From Mobula hypostoma (lineage: Eukaryota): DNA of 64,000 nt. Every line of letters begins with the position of its first letter. The first letter of the stretch is position 1. The position numbers were made by a program, and so were the translations under genes. Shown here in pieces: positions 62,746 through 64,000 of this stretch. The DNA is taken from NCBI RefSeq assembly GCF_963921235.1, contig NC_086109.1:33792001-33856000 (forward strand), given 5' to 3'. A model generated the notes under the pieces. That model was not told the origin of the DNA and did not search any database. It worked only from the letters and a program-made list of their open reading frames with translations.

Positions 62746-63319
62746 AGTCGTCTCTGTAAGTGGTGGGTTTTGGATGCCATCAGTAGATCATTGAGGAAAT
62801 GCAAGGGAGTTAGTCTCTCTTGGATCCTGCTCTGGCTAGTTCACTTGAAGTAACAAAGGAAGTGACCTCACAGGTCTCTATGAATCAGGTCAGAGGAAAA
62901 TATGGATATTGGGAGCTGGACCTGGGGAGTAATGGTTTGGCTGAAAATCCAAAAGTCACCTTGTTATTCTTCCCTTCATTTTTTTCCCATTATTTTAATT
63001 ATTTCCTATTTTAAAACAGAGTTTTATCAACCAAAATAAATTACATGTTGCTATCTTTAGATCTATAAATGAATCATAGAATGTCTAGAAATGGAACTAC
63101 AAGTGAATTCTGCTGCATAAAATTGATTAAATAGATTAGTTTTTTACATAAAATTGGAGGTACAGGAGCCTTACAGCTCACACTACCAGGTTCGGGAACA
63201 ATTATTATCCCTCGACCATCAAAATGACATTATCCTTTTCAAATGAACTATCACATGACCACAGATTTCACAATTAGAATGTATGTTCTTTTGGGGATCA
63301 CCCAAACACCATTATCAAA

Positions 63320-63987
63320 AGTTCAAAGTTCAAAGTAAGTTAACTAACAAAGTACATACGTTTAGGTCACCATATAGAACCCTATGATTCATAGTTTTGT
63401 GGGCATTCTCAATAAATCCATAGAATAATAACCATAACAGAATCAATGAAAGACTGCCCTAACTTAAGTGTTTAACCAGTGTGCAAAAGACAACAAACTG
63501 TGCAAATACAAGAAGAAAGAAATAATAATAATAATTAATAAATGAACAATAAATGTCAATAACATGATATGAAGAGTCCTTGAAAGTGAGACCATAGGTT
63601 GTGGGAATAGGGCAGGTGAATTTGAGTAAAGTTGAACCCTTTCGTTCGCGAGCCTGATGGTTGAGGGATAATAATTGTTCCCGAACCTGGTAGTGTGAGC
63701 TGTAAGGCTCCTGTACCTCCTTCCTGATGGTGTCAGCAGAAAGAGCATGTCCTGGGTGGTGGTGGTGGTGGGCGGTCCCTGTTGATGGATTCTGCTTTCC
63801 TACAACAGCATTTTGCGTAGGTGTGCTTAATGGTGGGGAATGCTTTACCCATGATGGACTGGACTGTGTCCACTACTTTTCATAGGATTTTCTATTCAAG
63901 GGTATTGGTGTTTCCATACCAGGCTGTGAAGCAGCCAGTCTATGTACTCTCTACTACACATCTATGGAAGTTTGTCAAACGTTTAAA
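63320..63987 (-). mobile_element. Rex1/Babar LINE 3' fragment
   Basis: 'LTPSGRRYRSLTAHTTRFGNNYYPSTIRL'; (ttgaact)n tail at about 63320. Confidence 0.85.
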
Positions 63988-64000
63988 TACAGTATATTGC

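Overview
Eukaryotic (vertebrate) DNA that is almost entirely transposable element (TE) sequence. The repeat mix (abundant CR1, Rex1/Babar, Penelope, RTE, V-/Deu-/CORE-type SINEs) suggests a cartilaginous fish such as a ray or shark; this is an inference. I found no intact host gene or convincing host exon, so the window looks intergenic or intronic. It is a stack of nested insertions, many with readable target-site duplications (TSDs). The standout feature is a 3.3-kb Gypsy (Mag-like) LTR retrotransposon at 33885-37192 (minus strand) with 223-bp LTRs, a tRNA-Ser-type primer binding site, a polypurine tract and a 5-bp TSD. Its RT, RNase H and most of integrase are replaced by an intronless, start-to-stop copy of the host SUDS3 (SDS3, Sin3-HDAC corepressor subunit) mRNA, fused in frame behind the retrotransposon protease. 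This is an LTR-mediated gene capture, now pseudogenised. Other notable items: a partial-tandem Penelope with minimal hammerhead ribozymes plus solo hammerhead pLTR insertions; a composite Tc1-like non-autonomous element with palindromic ends repeatedly hit by LINEs; a HERO-type RLE retrotransposon; a 76-bp-arm palindrome in a Tigger derivative; and up to three short, locally templated inverted insertions. Family names come from recalled motif recognition, not database searches. Boundaries of old fragments are approximate.
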